In this document: positions 1-9,732 of the stretch, one piece after another
Layout: each line of letters starts with the position of its first letter
Position numbering within the stretch: position 1 is the first letter of the stretch
NCBI GenBank assembly: GCA_024653215.1
Contig: JANLFU010000010.1
Location: 19,625-83,624, forward strand
Source: Candidatus Saccharicenans sp.
Lineage (GTDB): Bacteria > Acidobacteriota > Aminicenantia > Aminicenantales > Saccharicenantaceae
DNA: 64,000 bases
Direction of reading: 5' to 3'
Made by a program: the position numbers and the translations under genes
The notes under the pieces: model-generated
The model's database searches: none
Told to the model about the DNA's origin: nothing
The model's input: only the letters and a program-made list of their open reading frames with translations

Positions 1-1
1 C

Positions 2-1804
2 CTGGATATTGACCTTATCCAGGAGAAATGGAAAAGGTTTTCGGGCTGGAGCAGCGATGGCCTTTTCTGTCCCCTGGTCGAAAGGCGCGGATTGCTGCAG
101 GCCGGGGAACGGGCCAGGTTGCTGCTGCTCGAAAGCCGCTGCCGGAGGACGGGAGCGGCCGAAGGCCATAACCTGGTCAGGTTCTCCACCCTGCCCGTGC
201 ATCACCAGGAAAAAACCTACCTGATGGCCACGGACGCCCTGGAAGCGGCTGACTATTTGCTCAAGACCGAATACGGGCTTAGTCTCCCCCCCTGCACCCT
301 TCTTTTTTCTTTCAGCGAAAAGAATTTCATGTACTCCGGCGAGAGTCTCAGCCTGCCCCTGGCCACCCTTTCCCTGAGCCAGAAATTGATATCCAGCCAG
401 CGCCGCTTTTACTTCGTCTATTCGCGGGAAGCGGCCTTCACCGGCAAGGTTGACTTAAATGGAGAAATCCAGCGTATTTCCCCCGACGCCCTGGAAGAAA
501 AGGTCAGGGCTGTTTTCTATTCTGGCATCCGCTACCTGGTCATTCCCGCTCAAAACCTCAAGGAAGCCAGGAGCTTCGTCTTCAACCTGCTGGCCAGACA
601 CCCCTGGAGAAGACTGGAACTCATAGGGGTAAACAACATAAGAGAAATAATCGCCGACAGCCGAATCTGCCAGAAAATAAAGATACCTCTAATCGCCCAC
701 CTGGCCCAGACCAGGGGCCCGTTGATCCGCCGGTCAATTATGGCCGTCCTCGGCCTGGCAGTTATGATCACCGCCCTGGTCATCATCAACAAGAATCCAT
801 CCTTTCACTTCTGGAAAATCAGGCACCCGGTGATAATCGAGCTTCACGACAGCCGGCTCTTCGCCCGCAACCCGGAGGAACAGCTGCTGTGGACCTTTCC
901 CCTGCGCCGGCCCTTCAGGCCTGACACCCTGCAGCAGAAATTCGTGGACCTCGACGGAGACGGGGAAGACGAAATTCTGGTCTCGGGAGACTACCTGAGC
1001 GAGGAAAAGGTCAGCGCGGAACTATTCTGTCTGAAAAAGTCAGGAAAATTGTTGTGGAGCTACCAGCCAGGGCGGAAGATAAAGACCCTGACCGATGAAT
1101 TTTCCAACCATTATACAATCAAGAAGTTCGAGGCCGCGAATTTCAGCCGCACTTCACCCGAAAAATCTGTCCTGGTAATTGGAAACCACGTCACCTGGTA
1201 TCCAACCCAGATTGCCCTGCTTGACGCCCGGGGCAAGCTCCTCGGTGAATACTGGCATGCCGGCCATCTTGGCCAGGCCGCCCTGCTGATAGAAGACCTG
1301 GATGAAGATGGCCGGAAGGAAATCATTGCCGGCGGAACAAATAACGACTTCCAGCAGGCCTGCCTCCTGGTCCTGGACCCGAGAAACATAAGCGGTTGCT
1401 CGCCGGCAAGCGGCAACCCGGATTTCAAGTTCAGGGACCTGCCGGAGGGGACCCAGGAATACTACCTGCTCCTCCCCAGGACCACGATTAATCAGGCCAT
1501 GAACCTTCGCAACTATATCGTAACCATCCAGCTCTTCCGCGAAGAAAAGATCCTGGAAGTAACCACCCATGAATTCAGTAAAGAAGTATCCTGCCGGATG
1601 ATGTACAACTTCGATTTCCGAATGAATCCGCTGTTATCCCGCCCAACCGACGTTTTGACAGAAGCCGTTAAAGAGCTGGTGGTTTCCCGGGTTCTGCCTC
1701 CGCATGCCGAAACCGAACTCAGGAGTCTTAAAGAAAGAATAAGATACTGGGACGGCCAGGCCTGGGTCAACTATCCTGACAGAAACAAAAAGCTTGATTT
1801 TTAA
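2..1804 (+). CDS. 5'-truncated membrane protein: Lon-like (S16) protease domain + single TM helix + C-terminal FG-GAP/VCBS-type beta-propeller
   Basis: The frame is open from base 2 (ctg gat att gac...). Lon-C-like motifs are SGESLSL, FTGKVDLNGEI, EEKVRA and GIRYLVIPAQN. TM helix is IMAVLGLAVMITALVII. Repeats DLDGDGEDEILV and DLDEDGRKEIIA follow. Confidence 0.7.
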   Translation: MDIDLIQEKWKRFSGWSSDGLFCPLVERRGLLQAGERARLLLLESRCRRTGAAEGHNLVRFSTLPVHHQEKTYLMATDALEAADYLLKTEYGLSLPPCTLLFSFSEKNFMYSGESLSLPLATLSLSQKLISSQRRFYFVYSREAAFTGKVDLNGEIQRISPDALEEKVRAVFYSGIRYLVIPAQNLKEARSFVFNLLARHPWRRLELIGVNNIREIIADSRICQKIKIPLIAHLAQTRGPLIRRSIMAVLGLAVMITALVIINKNPSFHFWKIRHPVIIELHDSRLFARNPEEQLLWTFPLRRPFRPDTLQQKFVDLDGDGEDEILVSGDYLSEEKVSAELFCLKKSGKLLWSYQPGRKIKTLTDEFSNHYTIKKFEAANFSRTSPEKSVLVIGNHVTWYPTQIALLDARGKLLGEYWHAGHLGQAALLIEDLDEDGRKEIIAGGTNNDFQQACLLVLDPRNISGCSPASGNPDFKFRDLPEGTQEYYLLLPRTTINQAMNLRNYIVTIQLFREEKILEVTTHEFSKEVSCRMMYNFDFRMNPLLSRPTDVLTEAVKELVVSRVLPPHAETELRSLKERIRYWDGQAWVNYPDRNKKLDF

Positions 1805-2367
1805 CCCCTCAAAAATACCCGCCCATTTTTTCTGCAAAATTAAATTTGGTAAGCCTATACTCATCTCTTGGTGGAGGCGAGGGCAAAAGGGCAAAAGGAA
1901 AGAAGGATGGGAACCTTCTTTTTTTAAAAGTGCTTAATAAACCCAAAGTTGCAGCGACCTGCCAATAAGATTTTCCCCTAACCAAGCCGGGATGCCAGCA
2001 TAACAGAACCGCTATCATTTTAAGCCTCCGCTAAGGCATTTTGGCCTGTTCTTGCTGGAATTTATCAGGGGCAGGAGCCTGGTGGTAGAAATGTTCACTC
2101 AGGGTAGCCTGGTCCTCAGGCTCATTGGCGTGTTTCTAACTGAAAATAAGAAAGATTGGCCAAATAATATGCTTGCTGCCAACCCGAGAGCCTGAAAGAC
2201 TAAGCCTTGCCTTGAAAAGTTCTCTGGTTCAGACAGCCAACTGAGGATTAAAATAAATATAAATAGAGAAATCAGGGCGGCCATATCGAGAACAAAACGC
2301 GACCAGGACCTGAATTACAGCCCCTTGAAATTGATGTATCATAGTACCAGCTGAAGGAAAAAGTTAT

Positions 2368-2763
2368 ATGAACGGCAACAGAAACAAGATTAATGAATTC
2401 CTGAATGAAAAGGAAATTGCGGTGGTCGGGGCCTCCAGGAACCCGGCCAAGTACGGGAACATAGTATTTAACAAGCTCAAATCAGCCGGATACCTGGTCT
2501 ACCCGGTCAATCCCAGAGCTGACCTGGTAGACGGTCAAAAGGCTTATCCCGACCTGTTCAGCCTGCCGGAAACGGTCAAGGCGGCCGTGGTGGTCGTCCC
2601 GCCCGAAATTTCAGAAAAAATTGCCGGACAGGCCATTGCCGCCGGCTTCCGCTACATCTGGTTTCAACCCGGAGCCGAATCGGAAACAGCTATCTCCTTA
2701 CTTGAATCGGCCGGAATCAGCGTCATCCATGGGACCTGCCTTCTGGTCCGGGTCAGTCCCTGA
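2368..2763 (+). CDS. CoA-binding protein (YccU-like)
   Basis: IAVVGASRNPAKYG, YPVNP, IWFQPGAES and HGTC motifs; 131 aa. Confidence 0.9.
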   Translation: MNGNRNKINEFLNEKEIAVVGASRNPAKYGNIVFNKLKSAGYLVYPVNPRADLVDGQKAYPDLFSLPETVKAAVVVVPPEISEKIAGQAIAAGFRYIWFQPGAESETAISLLESAGISVIHGTCLLVRVSP

Positions 2764-2822
2764 AAATCTGCCAGGGAAGATTTCGCCTGAAGCTGGCGGG
2801 GTCAGAGCCTGAGACCGACCAA

Positions 2823-3704
2823 TCAGGAACGGTAGATTTTTCTTACGAAGGATTCTTTTTCCTTCCACTTCTCATTAACCTTGACCCGGAGAGAAAGAAA
2901 GACCTTTTTGCCGGTCAGGAATTCCAGTTCTTCCCTGGCCAGGGTGCCAATCTTCTTGATCATTGAGCCTCCCTGGCCGATGATGATCTTCTTCTGGGAA
3001 TCCTTTTCCACGTGAATATCCGCCTCGATTTCCAGCAGGCCGCCGGGCGTTCTTTCTTCCACCCTGAGCACCTCGACCGCCACGGCATGAGGAACTTCCT
3101 GGTAGGTATTACCCAGTATTTTTTCCCTTATGATCTCCGCCGCCTGGATGCTCAGGGGGTAATCGGTCACCATATCCTCCGGATAAAGAAGGGGACCTTC
3201 CGGCAGGAGGGAGATTATCCTGTTAACCAGGTCTTCCAGCCCCTCTCCCCTGACTGCAGACAGGCTGACCACCTCCACAAAATCCAGCAATTCCCCGGCT
3301 GATTTGCGGGCCATTTCAATCTGTTCCTCGGAGCACAGGTCCTTTTTGGTCAGGACCAGGACTGCCGGCCGGCCGGTTTGTTTAACCTCAGCCGCCAATT
3401 TCCTGTCCTCGTCGCTGAGGGCCCTGGAAGCATCGACCAGGAACAGGACCAGGTCAACTTCTTTCATTGTCCCGGTCACCTGGGAATTAAGAAAAGCACC
3501 CAGGGCATCCCGGGGCTGGTGGAAGCCGGGGGTATCGACCAGGATAATCTGGGCTTCGGGCCTGGTTATGATTCCCCTCAACTTGAAGCGCGTGGTCTGA
3601 GGTTTCTCGGAGACTATGCTAATTTTCTTCCCGGTCAGGGCATTGAGCAGGGTGGATTTTCCGGTGTTGGGTTTGCCCACCACGGCTACAAAACCCGATT
3701 TCAT
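2823..3704 (-). CDS. era: GTPase Era
   Basis: SGFVAVVGKPNTGKST, KPQTTR, DTPG and TKKD G-motifs; C-terminal KH domain with IIIGQGG. Confidence 0.97.
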   Translation of the reverse strand: MKSGFVAVVGKPNTGKSTLLNALTGKKISIVSEKPQTTRFKLRGIITRPEAQIILVDTPGFHQPRDALGAFLNSQVTGTMKEVDLVLFLVDASRALSDEDRKLAAEVKQTGRPAVLVLTKKDLCSEEQIEMARKSAGELLDFVEVVSLSAVRGEGLEDLVNRIISLLPEGPLLYPEDMVTDYPLSIQAAEIIREKILGNTYQEVPHAVAVEVLRVEERTPGGLLEIEADIHVEKDSQKKIIIGQGGSMIKKIGTLAREELEFLTGKKVFLSLRVKVNEKWKEKESFVRKIYRS

Positions 3705-3821
3705 GCTGGACCTCCAAGGCCGGTTTCAGAAATGAACTTAAATGACAGAATACAGAATTATTTTATCTTAAATTATTGGGAAGGCAATCCTTCAGCTACC
3801 CCCCAACCGGCGCCAGCCCGC

Positions 3822-5855
3822 TCAGTGCTTCTCGTGGCTCGAAGAAGAGGATTTCTGACCGCCGGAGCGGTCACCGCTCGAGCCCTTCGAAACCGAGGCG
3901 CTGGCAGCAGAGGCGCTATCGGAAGAGCGGCCGGAAGAGGAGCTGCCGGAATAACTTGAAGCACCGGAACCCGGCGAGTAGCCAGACGGCGGTCCTAATT
4001 GAATCAGGCCATGAGGAGTAATCCTCAGGCCAAGACCCCTGGCTTCCTGCGAGGTCAGGCCCAGCTCCGGAGAAACCACCGAATTTCTGGAACTGTCATA
4101 AACGATGCGGATTCCAAGCTGGTGAGCGGTCTTCAGGTCAGGATTCCAGTCACGGAACCGCAGGCCGGGAGCCCCTGGCTTTTCTGGCAGAGACCTGTTT
4201 TCCGCGTTTCTCCTGAGCTCCGGCCTGCCCGGAACTTCCGGTTGGGGGACCTGTTGCTTCAGGGCTTGCCGCTCCATCGGCTGGGCCTTCAAGTTTCCAG
4301 GACCGGTTAGAGAAGCTTTGACTGCTTCCGTTTCATTCCTGTCCTTCAGGAAACGGAAAACTGCCAGATTCCAGGCAGGAACAGTTCCCTGGCCTGGCTT
4401 TCTTGTTTCTCCTGTGGACTGAACCTGCTTTATTTTTTCGGCAACTTCGTTCATAGAGACTCTGCGGGCCAACACATCACGGGCCCCAAGATCATCCGGC
4501 TTAACCAGGATCGGTTCAGGCGGCCTGGCTGAAATTCTCTTCAGGACTTCCTGGTCTCCCCTGTCAATGGCTTTGGCCAAGTTGGCCACCATTTTTCTGT
4601 AGCTTTCAGGGAGGGGAACAGTCTGGGCCTGGCCCTGGTGTTTTTTCAACTGGTCCCTGGTGATTTTGCGGAGGGCCGGCTGTCCCGCTGATTCACCGGG
4701 TGGAAGGACGATGCCGCTGGGGCCATAATAATCCCAGTAGCCATATCCGTAGCCGTAATAACCCAGCCAGTCATACAGAAACCAGGGTCTCCAGCTGTAA
4801 TAACCGTAATAAAAATCCCAGACCGCCCAGGCCGGGGCAAAGGCCGAACCCGGAATCCAGACCCAGCCTTTCTTCTTATCCCACTGCCAGAGGCCCAGGT
4901 GGTAAGGTACCCAGCCCCAGGGTTCAGCTGGCACCCAGAACAGCTGCCCGTTCAGGTAGGTCCAGTTGCCATAGTAATAGGGACTCCAGTTGCCCCAGGG
5001 ATAGTAATCATTATAGAAAGGCCTCCAGACATAGCCGAAATAGTCGTCCCAGATCCATTCCCCGTACTGGTTGGAATAATACTGGGCGAAATAAAAGACG
5101 GCCGGTGGAAGTTTCTGGATGGGCTTGGGCAGGGGCGTCAGCCCTTTATGCAGTTCCAGGAAATGTTTATTCAGGTCGGCATTCCAGGCCTCAAACTCGC
5201 CGAATTCAGGGAAACTCTCTTTAATCTCTATGCTGTGGCCGGAGTCGATGAGCAGGCTGGTTCCTTTTCTGGCGGTCAGAGTCTTTAGATCCTTGCTGGA
5301 GGGTCCGTAAAGCAGGCTGGCTTTGCCTTCCTTCACCGTCAACCAGGTCTCCCCGTTCTCGGTGAAACGGGCAACCAGGACCGTCTTGTTTTTCATCTTC
5401 AGGGCGGTGTTGGCGGTCAATAGCTGGAAAACTTCCCAGGAGTTATAGGCGGTATACATCAGGTAAACCTGCCCTTTTTCCAGAAGCAGGTTGGACAACT
5501 GGTCATCAGAACTCAGGCTCTGGGCCATGATGGTTTCAATTTTCAGCCTGGTATCCGTTCCCAGCCGAACTATGGTTCCGCTATCAAACTGAATTTCACA
5601 GGGTTTATCGAATGTAACCACAACGTCCCCGGGTCCCAGCGGAAAGTTCAGGCTGACCGGCTCGGGCCTGGCCAGTCCGGGCCTGATCACTTCTGGCACC
5701 CTGGTACCGGGCTCCTCGGGAATGTAACTGATAAAGCCGTAGTAAAAATTTCCCTCGCCGTTTAACAGGGTATAATGTTTGCTGGCGGCAAAAGCCGGCT
5801 GGAGCAGCCCGACCCCTAAAACCCCTATGATTAACCAAAAGTTTATTCTTTTCAT
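3822..5855 (-). CDS. Secreted FecR-domain / DUF6600-like Trp-Tyr-Pro-rich protein with Ser/Gly-rich tail
   Basis: Signal peptide from MKRINFW (ATG 5855). FecR-like segment LNFPLGPGD..EIQFDSGTIVRLG. YGEW..GYVWRP..WGWVPYHLGLW..GWVWIPG repeats. Confidence 0.75.
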   Translation of the reverse strand: MKRINFWLIIGVLGVGLLQPAFAASKHYTLLNGEGNFYYGFISYIPEEPGTRVPEVIRPGLARPEPVSLNFPLGPGDVVVTFDKPCEIQFDSGTIVRLGTDTRLKIETIMAQSLSSDDQLSNLLLEKGQVYLMYTAYNSWEVFQLLTANTALKMKNKTVLVARFTENGETWLTVKEGKASLLYGPSSKDLKTLTARKGTSLLIDSGHSIEIKESFPEFGEFEAWNADLNKHFLELHKGLTPLPKPIQKLPPAVFYFAQYYSNQYGEWIWDDYFGYVWRPFYNDYYPWGNWSPYYYGNWTYLNGQLFWVPAEPWGWVPYHLGLWQWDKKKGWVWIPGSAFAPAWAVWDFYYGYYSWRPWFLYDWLGYYGYGYGYWDYYGPSGIVLPPGESAGQPALRKITRDQLKKHQGQAQTVPLPESYRKMVANLAKAIDRGDQEVLKRISARPPEPILVKPDDLGARDVLARRVSMNEVAEKIKQVQSTGETRKPGQGTVPAWNLAVFRFLKDRNETEAVKASLTGPGNLKAQPMERQALKQQVPQPEVPGRPELRRNAENRSLPEKPGAPGLRFRDWNPDLKTAHQLGIRIVYDSSRNSVVSPELGLTSQEARGLGLRITPHGLIQLGPPSGYSPGSGASSYSGSSSSGRSSDSASAASASVSKGSSGDRSGGQKSSSSSHEKH

Positions 5856-6327
5856 TTTGCACCCCACGTCATGTTATACAGCATAAAACGTGCCAGCCCG
5901 GGCCAGGAGCCCTAACCCGTTATCCTGCCCCGTCAAGGACAGGGGCTGTCCTATTCATGATACTCCTGACACCTCAATAATACACCCCCGAGCCTGTAAT
6001 ATCGAATTTTCTAACAAATTTTCTCCGCGGGGCCCCTCCCCGGAACGGGTTTACCTGCTGTTCGCAGACTTTAGAAGCCCTGGGTTCTTCTGCCCGGCAG
6101 AGATACAAGAACCTGATCCCTGGCTATGATTGGCTTCCTTCACCTAGGTCCGGGCCGGCAAGCCCGGAACCATTAATTTTGGATGGCCGGGCTCAATTCT
6201 ATTCTGGTAGGCTTTCGGTAACTCCGGCCAGACCGGTGAATTCAAGTCTTAAAACTATTTTGCTTCCCCTGATTTCTTGCAAATCGGGTTGCTTCTCATC
6301 CCAGAATACGGGTAGAATAGATTCAGG

Positions 6328-6687
6328 ATGGATAAGCCGGCCAAGCTCCAGGAGCAAATTTACAAGCACCTGCCCGGGGTGATTGCCGTGCTGTTGGCCA
6401 TCTGGCTCCTTTCCCCTTTCGTTAAAATTGACCGCTCAGATTATGCCCAGGGCAAGGTCCTGGTTTACAGACTGGCTCTTGGGCTGATGATTATGATCAT
6501 CATGCTGGGCAAGCTGGGCTTTGATGTTTTCTTTCCCCAGGGAATCGCCCGGCCGGTCTCCAACCTCAAGTCCGTTATTTTCCTCGTCCTGGGAATTCTT
6601 CTCCTGGCCTTTGTGGTCTATATCATCATCCAGGCTGGCTCTCTTTTCATGACAAGCTACCCGAACACTTCAGAATTCGGCCAGTAA
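6328..6687 (+). CDS. Hypothetical 3-TM membrane protein
   Basis: 119-aa ORF with three hydrophobic helices and genome-typical codon usage. Confidence 0.7.
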   Translation: MDKPAKLQEQIYKHLPGVIAVLLAIWLLSPFVKIDRSDYAQGKVLVYRLALGLMIMIIMLGKLGFDVFFPQGIARPVSNLKSVIFLVLGILLLAFVVYIIIQAGSLFMTSYPNTSEFGQ

Positions 6688-6877
6688 AACCTATTAAACA
6701 TCGGGCCTGCACTCCGTCTGACTAACAACTGGAGCTTGTTATTCAGCAGGGATAATAGCCCCTGTTCTGTCAGCCATAGTTACAAGGCCCGGCCGGGTAA
6801 AGACAAAAATTGTTTACCATTTAGTTTTAGAGTGCTGCCGCCGAAGCAGAGGCCGGCCTCAGGACAACAAAAATCTA

Positions 6878-7685
6878 TTACTTAAATATCTCTTTATTTC
6901 TGATCGCAATGAAGATGGCCGACAGCAGGTAAAGAGCCGTCACCAGCCCCTCGGTGATGGGAGTTAATTCGAAGAGCTGGCCCGTAAAATTTATCATGAA
7001 ATGGAACAGGATGGCGGCCAGAGTGCTGCGCTGGTTCTTCAAGAAAATGTAGGTAAAGATGACCGACTTGGGAAAAAGGTCCAGAAAATAAAAGGCCATA
7101 ATCAGCGGCTGGTCGGCCTTGACCTGCAGGGGATAGCCTTTCACCATGAAAAGCGGGATATGCCACAGGGCCCAGACCGCGGCAACGAGCAGGCTGGCCC
7201 TCAACCCTGACATCCGGCTTTGCAGCTTGTCCAGCCAGTAACCTCTCCAGCCCAGTTCCTCGGGAAAGGGACCGATGAAAAACGTATAAAAAATAAAAAC
7301 GAGAATGGACGGGATGTGGGCCCGGACCTGGGGAACGAGCCGGAACTGCGACAGAGATTCTCCGAGAAGAAAAGAAACGAGAATGGCCACCACGGTGATG
7401 ACCGGAGGCAGAAAAAAGATAAGCCGGTAACTCCCGCGGCTTATCAGGGTCGGGTCAAACACCCGGCGCCAGTAATCCCAGTGATATTCAGCCTCTTCGC
7501 TTAGCAGGATAAAAGCCAGGGCCACCACAGCCGGTGACCAGCAATCCGCCCAGGAGCAAAACCTTTACGGCCAGGTTCTCCAGGCCCCGGCCGGTGGATA
7601 CGGCCAGCAACCATGGTACCCAGGTCAGGACCAGCACGAAAGGTATGTATAAGAAAGGATCAATATGGATTTTCTTAGAAAACAT
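6878..7685 (-). pseudogene. CPBP (Abi/CAAX protease) family intramembrane metalloprotease, frameshifted near 7535-7540
   Basis: The N-terminal part (RBS ggag + ATG 7685, MFSKKIHIDPFLYIPFVLVLTWVPW...LLLGGLL) and the C-terminal part (SPAVVALAF...EELGWRGY...WALWH...HFMIN) are in different frames. Removing one base restores a 268-aa ORF. Confidence 0.8.
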
Positions 7686-8031
7686 GCTTCGCTCCTGGCT
7701 GTGTCCAGCCCTTCTTAAAATACAAAAAAAATCTTCCATGATAAAGAAAATTTTTTACCGGAGGTCCCCGGGCCGCCAAATTAGAAGAGGCAACCTTCTT
7801 GAAAGAGGCAGAACAGCAAGCCCTGAGTTAACAGGATTACGAACCGATCTGCCTGGAGCCCGAACTGCCTGAAGCTGTCAGGCCGGCCGGTACCGGGTAT
7901 CCTTATATATCCATGAAGTCTGCCTTTCTGGTGGCAAATTGTAGTATCATATTTCTTCTGATATTTCCTGTTGACGCAGCACTCAACAGAAATTATTCAT
8001 ATAAAAGAAAGGTCACTTATGGAGCAGGCCA

Positions 8032-9066
8032 ATGAAAGCAGTCCTACTAACCGGCCCAAGGCAGGCCCAACTCCAGCAAAAACCAGAACCCGAGCTGCCC
8101 GATAAAGATTGGGTTCTGCTCAGAACCAGGGTAGCCGGCATCTGCGGCAGCGACCTGCATTACTTTATCTCCGATTCGGTTGGCGGCGAAAAAGTCCCCT
8201 ACCCCTGCCTGGCCGGCCACGAATGCTCGGCTGAAGTCGTCCGGGTTGGCCCGGAAGCCAGGGATTTCAGCCCCGGCGACCTGGTAGCGGTTGAGCCATC
8301 CATCTCCTGCGGAGCCTGCGACCAGTGCCTGGCCGGTAGGTTCAACACCTGCCGGAAGATCAAATTCCTCGGTCACCCTGGAGAACTGGACGGTTGCTTC
8401 GCTGAATATTTCGTGATGCCTGCCAGAAACTTAATCAAGCTTGATTCATCCCTGACCCCGGAAGAAGCCATGCTGGCCGAACCCCTGTCCATCGCCCTGC
8501 ATGCCCTCAACCTGGCCGCGCCTGGCAGCGGGGACAGGGTGGGGGTTCTGGGCACCGGCCCCATTGGCCTGTCTTTGATATTGCTTCTCAGGCAACGGGG
8601 CTTGAGTTCAATCTTTGCCACCGACCGCTCGGAAGCCAGGGTCAAGGCCGCCCTCAGGGCCGGGGCCGCCTGGGCGGCCAGCGTCGAGCAGGAAGACATA
8701 GTCCGGGAAATTCTTTCCAGGCAGCCGTTGGGATTGGACCTGGTGTTTGAGGCGAGCGGCGACCAGGAAGCCATAGACCAGTCGGTGGCCCTGGTCAAAC
8801 CGGGTGGCCGGATAATCCAGGTCGGGATTCCGGTTCCGGAGAGGATTTCTTACCAGATAGCCCGCCTGCGCCGCAAGGAAGTCGCCATAATCAATTCCAG
8901 GCGGCAGAACCGGTGCCTGGAGCCGGCGCTCGAGTTGATTAAGAACAGGAAGGTCGAGGTGGGCTGGCTGCTTACCCATCGCTTCCGGCCGGAAGAAGCC
9001 CAGCAGGCCTTTTCCACCGCGGCCGACCGCCTGGATGGAGTCCTCAAGGCCGCTTTCATTTTTTGA
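8032..9066 (+). CDS. Zinc-binding (MDR) alcohol/polyol dehydrogenase, sorbitol/threonine dehydrogenase-like
   Basis: GICGSDLH, GHE, structural Zn site CGACDQC..C, and GTGPIG Rossmann motif. Confidence 0.92.
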   Translation: MKAVLLTGPRQAQLQQKPEPELPDKDWVLLRTRVAGICGSDLHYFISDSVGGEKVPYPCLAGHECSAEVVRVGPEARDFSPGDLVAVEPSISCGACDQCLAGRFNTCRKIKFLGHPGELDGCFAEYFVMPARNLIKLDSSLTPEEAMLAEPLSIALHALNLAAPGSGDRVGVLGTGPIGLSLILLLRQRGLSSIFATDRSEARVKAALRAGAAWAASVEQEDIVREILSRQPLGLDLVFEASGDQEAIDQSVALVKPGGRIIQVGIPVPERISYQIARLRRKEVAIINSRRQNRCLEPALELIKNRKVEVGWLLTHRFRPEEAQQAFSTAADRLDGVLKAAFIF

Positions 9067-9155
9067 GAGGTGATGAATACTGACAGAGGCCCTCGAAACG
9101 CAGGCCGGATTGAAGCCGCCAGGGTAAATCCCGGAAAGCTTAAGCCCGTAAGTTC

Positions 9156-9731
9156 TTAAAAAATAAAGCCCAGCACCGCCGAGGCCCGGGTCCCCCCGAT
9201 CTTGAAGTCGACCCCTTCGTAGGTATCACTGGCCGCGCAATAACTTCCGTTCAGGCCGAAGAGGACCGCCTTGAACCTGAGGTAAAGTCCCGCCTCCATC
9301 AGAAATCCCAGCTTGTTGCCGCTGACCTTAATGTCCATGGCTTCTTCTTCGTAGGTGGCCGAAGCTACTCCGGCCCCGATAAAGATTTTCAGGTTCCGGG
9401 CCACTGAGGGGAAATAGGCCAGCCCTCCGCCCATAAATTGCTGCTTGGAATGGGCGGGTTCATTCAGCTCCGGGGTGGTGCCATTTTTGCTCAGGGTGGA
9501 AAACATTCCGTAGATGTAGACATCGCTGATAACCCTGAAGCCCAGCTTGAATTCCGGCACCATGACCTTGCTTCCGTAGACTTCCTTGTAGCCGGAATCG
9601 GCCGGAAAAAGGTAACCGTAGCTGAATGACAGCATCACGGTGTCGGCCCGCAAAGCTGGAACCAGAAAAATTGAAGACAAGACCAATGAAAACAGGACTG
9701 CCAGGGCGCATTTGGTTTTGTGGTTTTTCAT
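9156..9731 (-). CDS. Outer-membrane beta-barrel protein (small, about 8-stranded)
   Basis: Signal peptide, amphipathic beta-strands and terminal Phe (VLGFIF). ATG lies 1 nt after the M6 protease stop. Confidence 0.75.
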   Translation of the reverse strand: MKNHKTKCALAVLFSLVLSSIFLVPALRADTVMLSFSYGYLFPADSGYKEVYGSKVMVPEFKLGFRVISDVYIYGMFSTLSKNGTTPELNEPAHSKQQFMGGGLAYFPSVARNLKIFIGAGVASATYEEEAMDIKVSGNKLGFLMEAGLYLRFKAVLFGLNGSYCAASDTYEGVDFKIGGTRASAVLGFIF

Positions 9732-9732
9732 G

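Noticed and set aside
1809-2284. Two short hydrophobic minus-strand ORFs that might be a decayed ferric-reductase-like membrane gene
   Set aside because: The similarity is only impressionistic and the frames do not join cleanly; it would need tBLASTn support.
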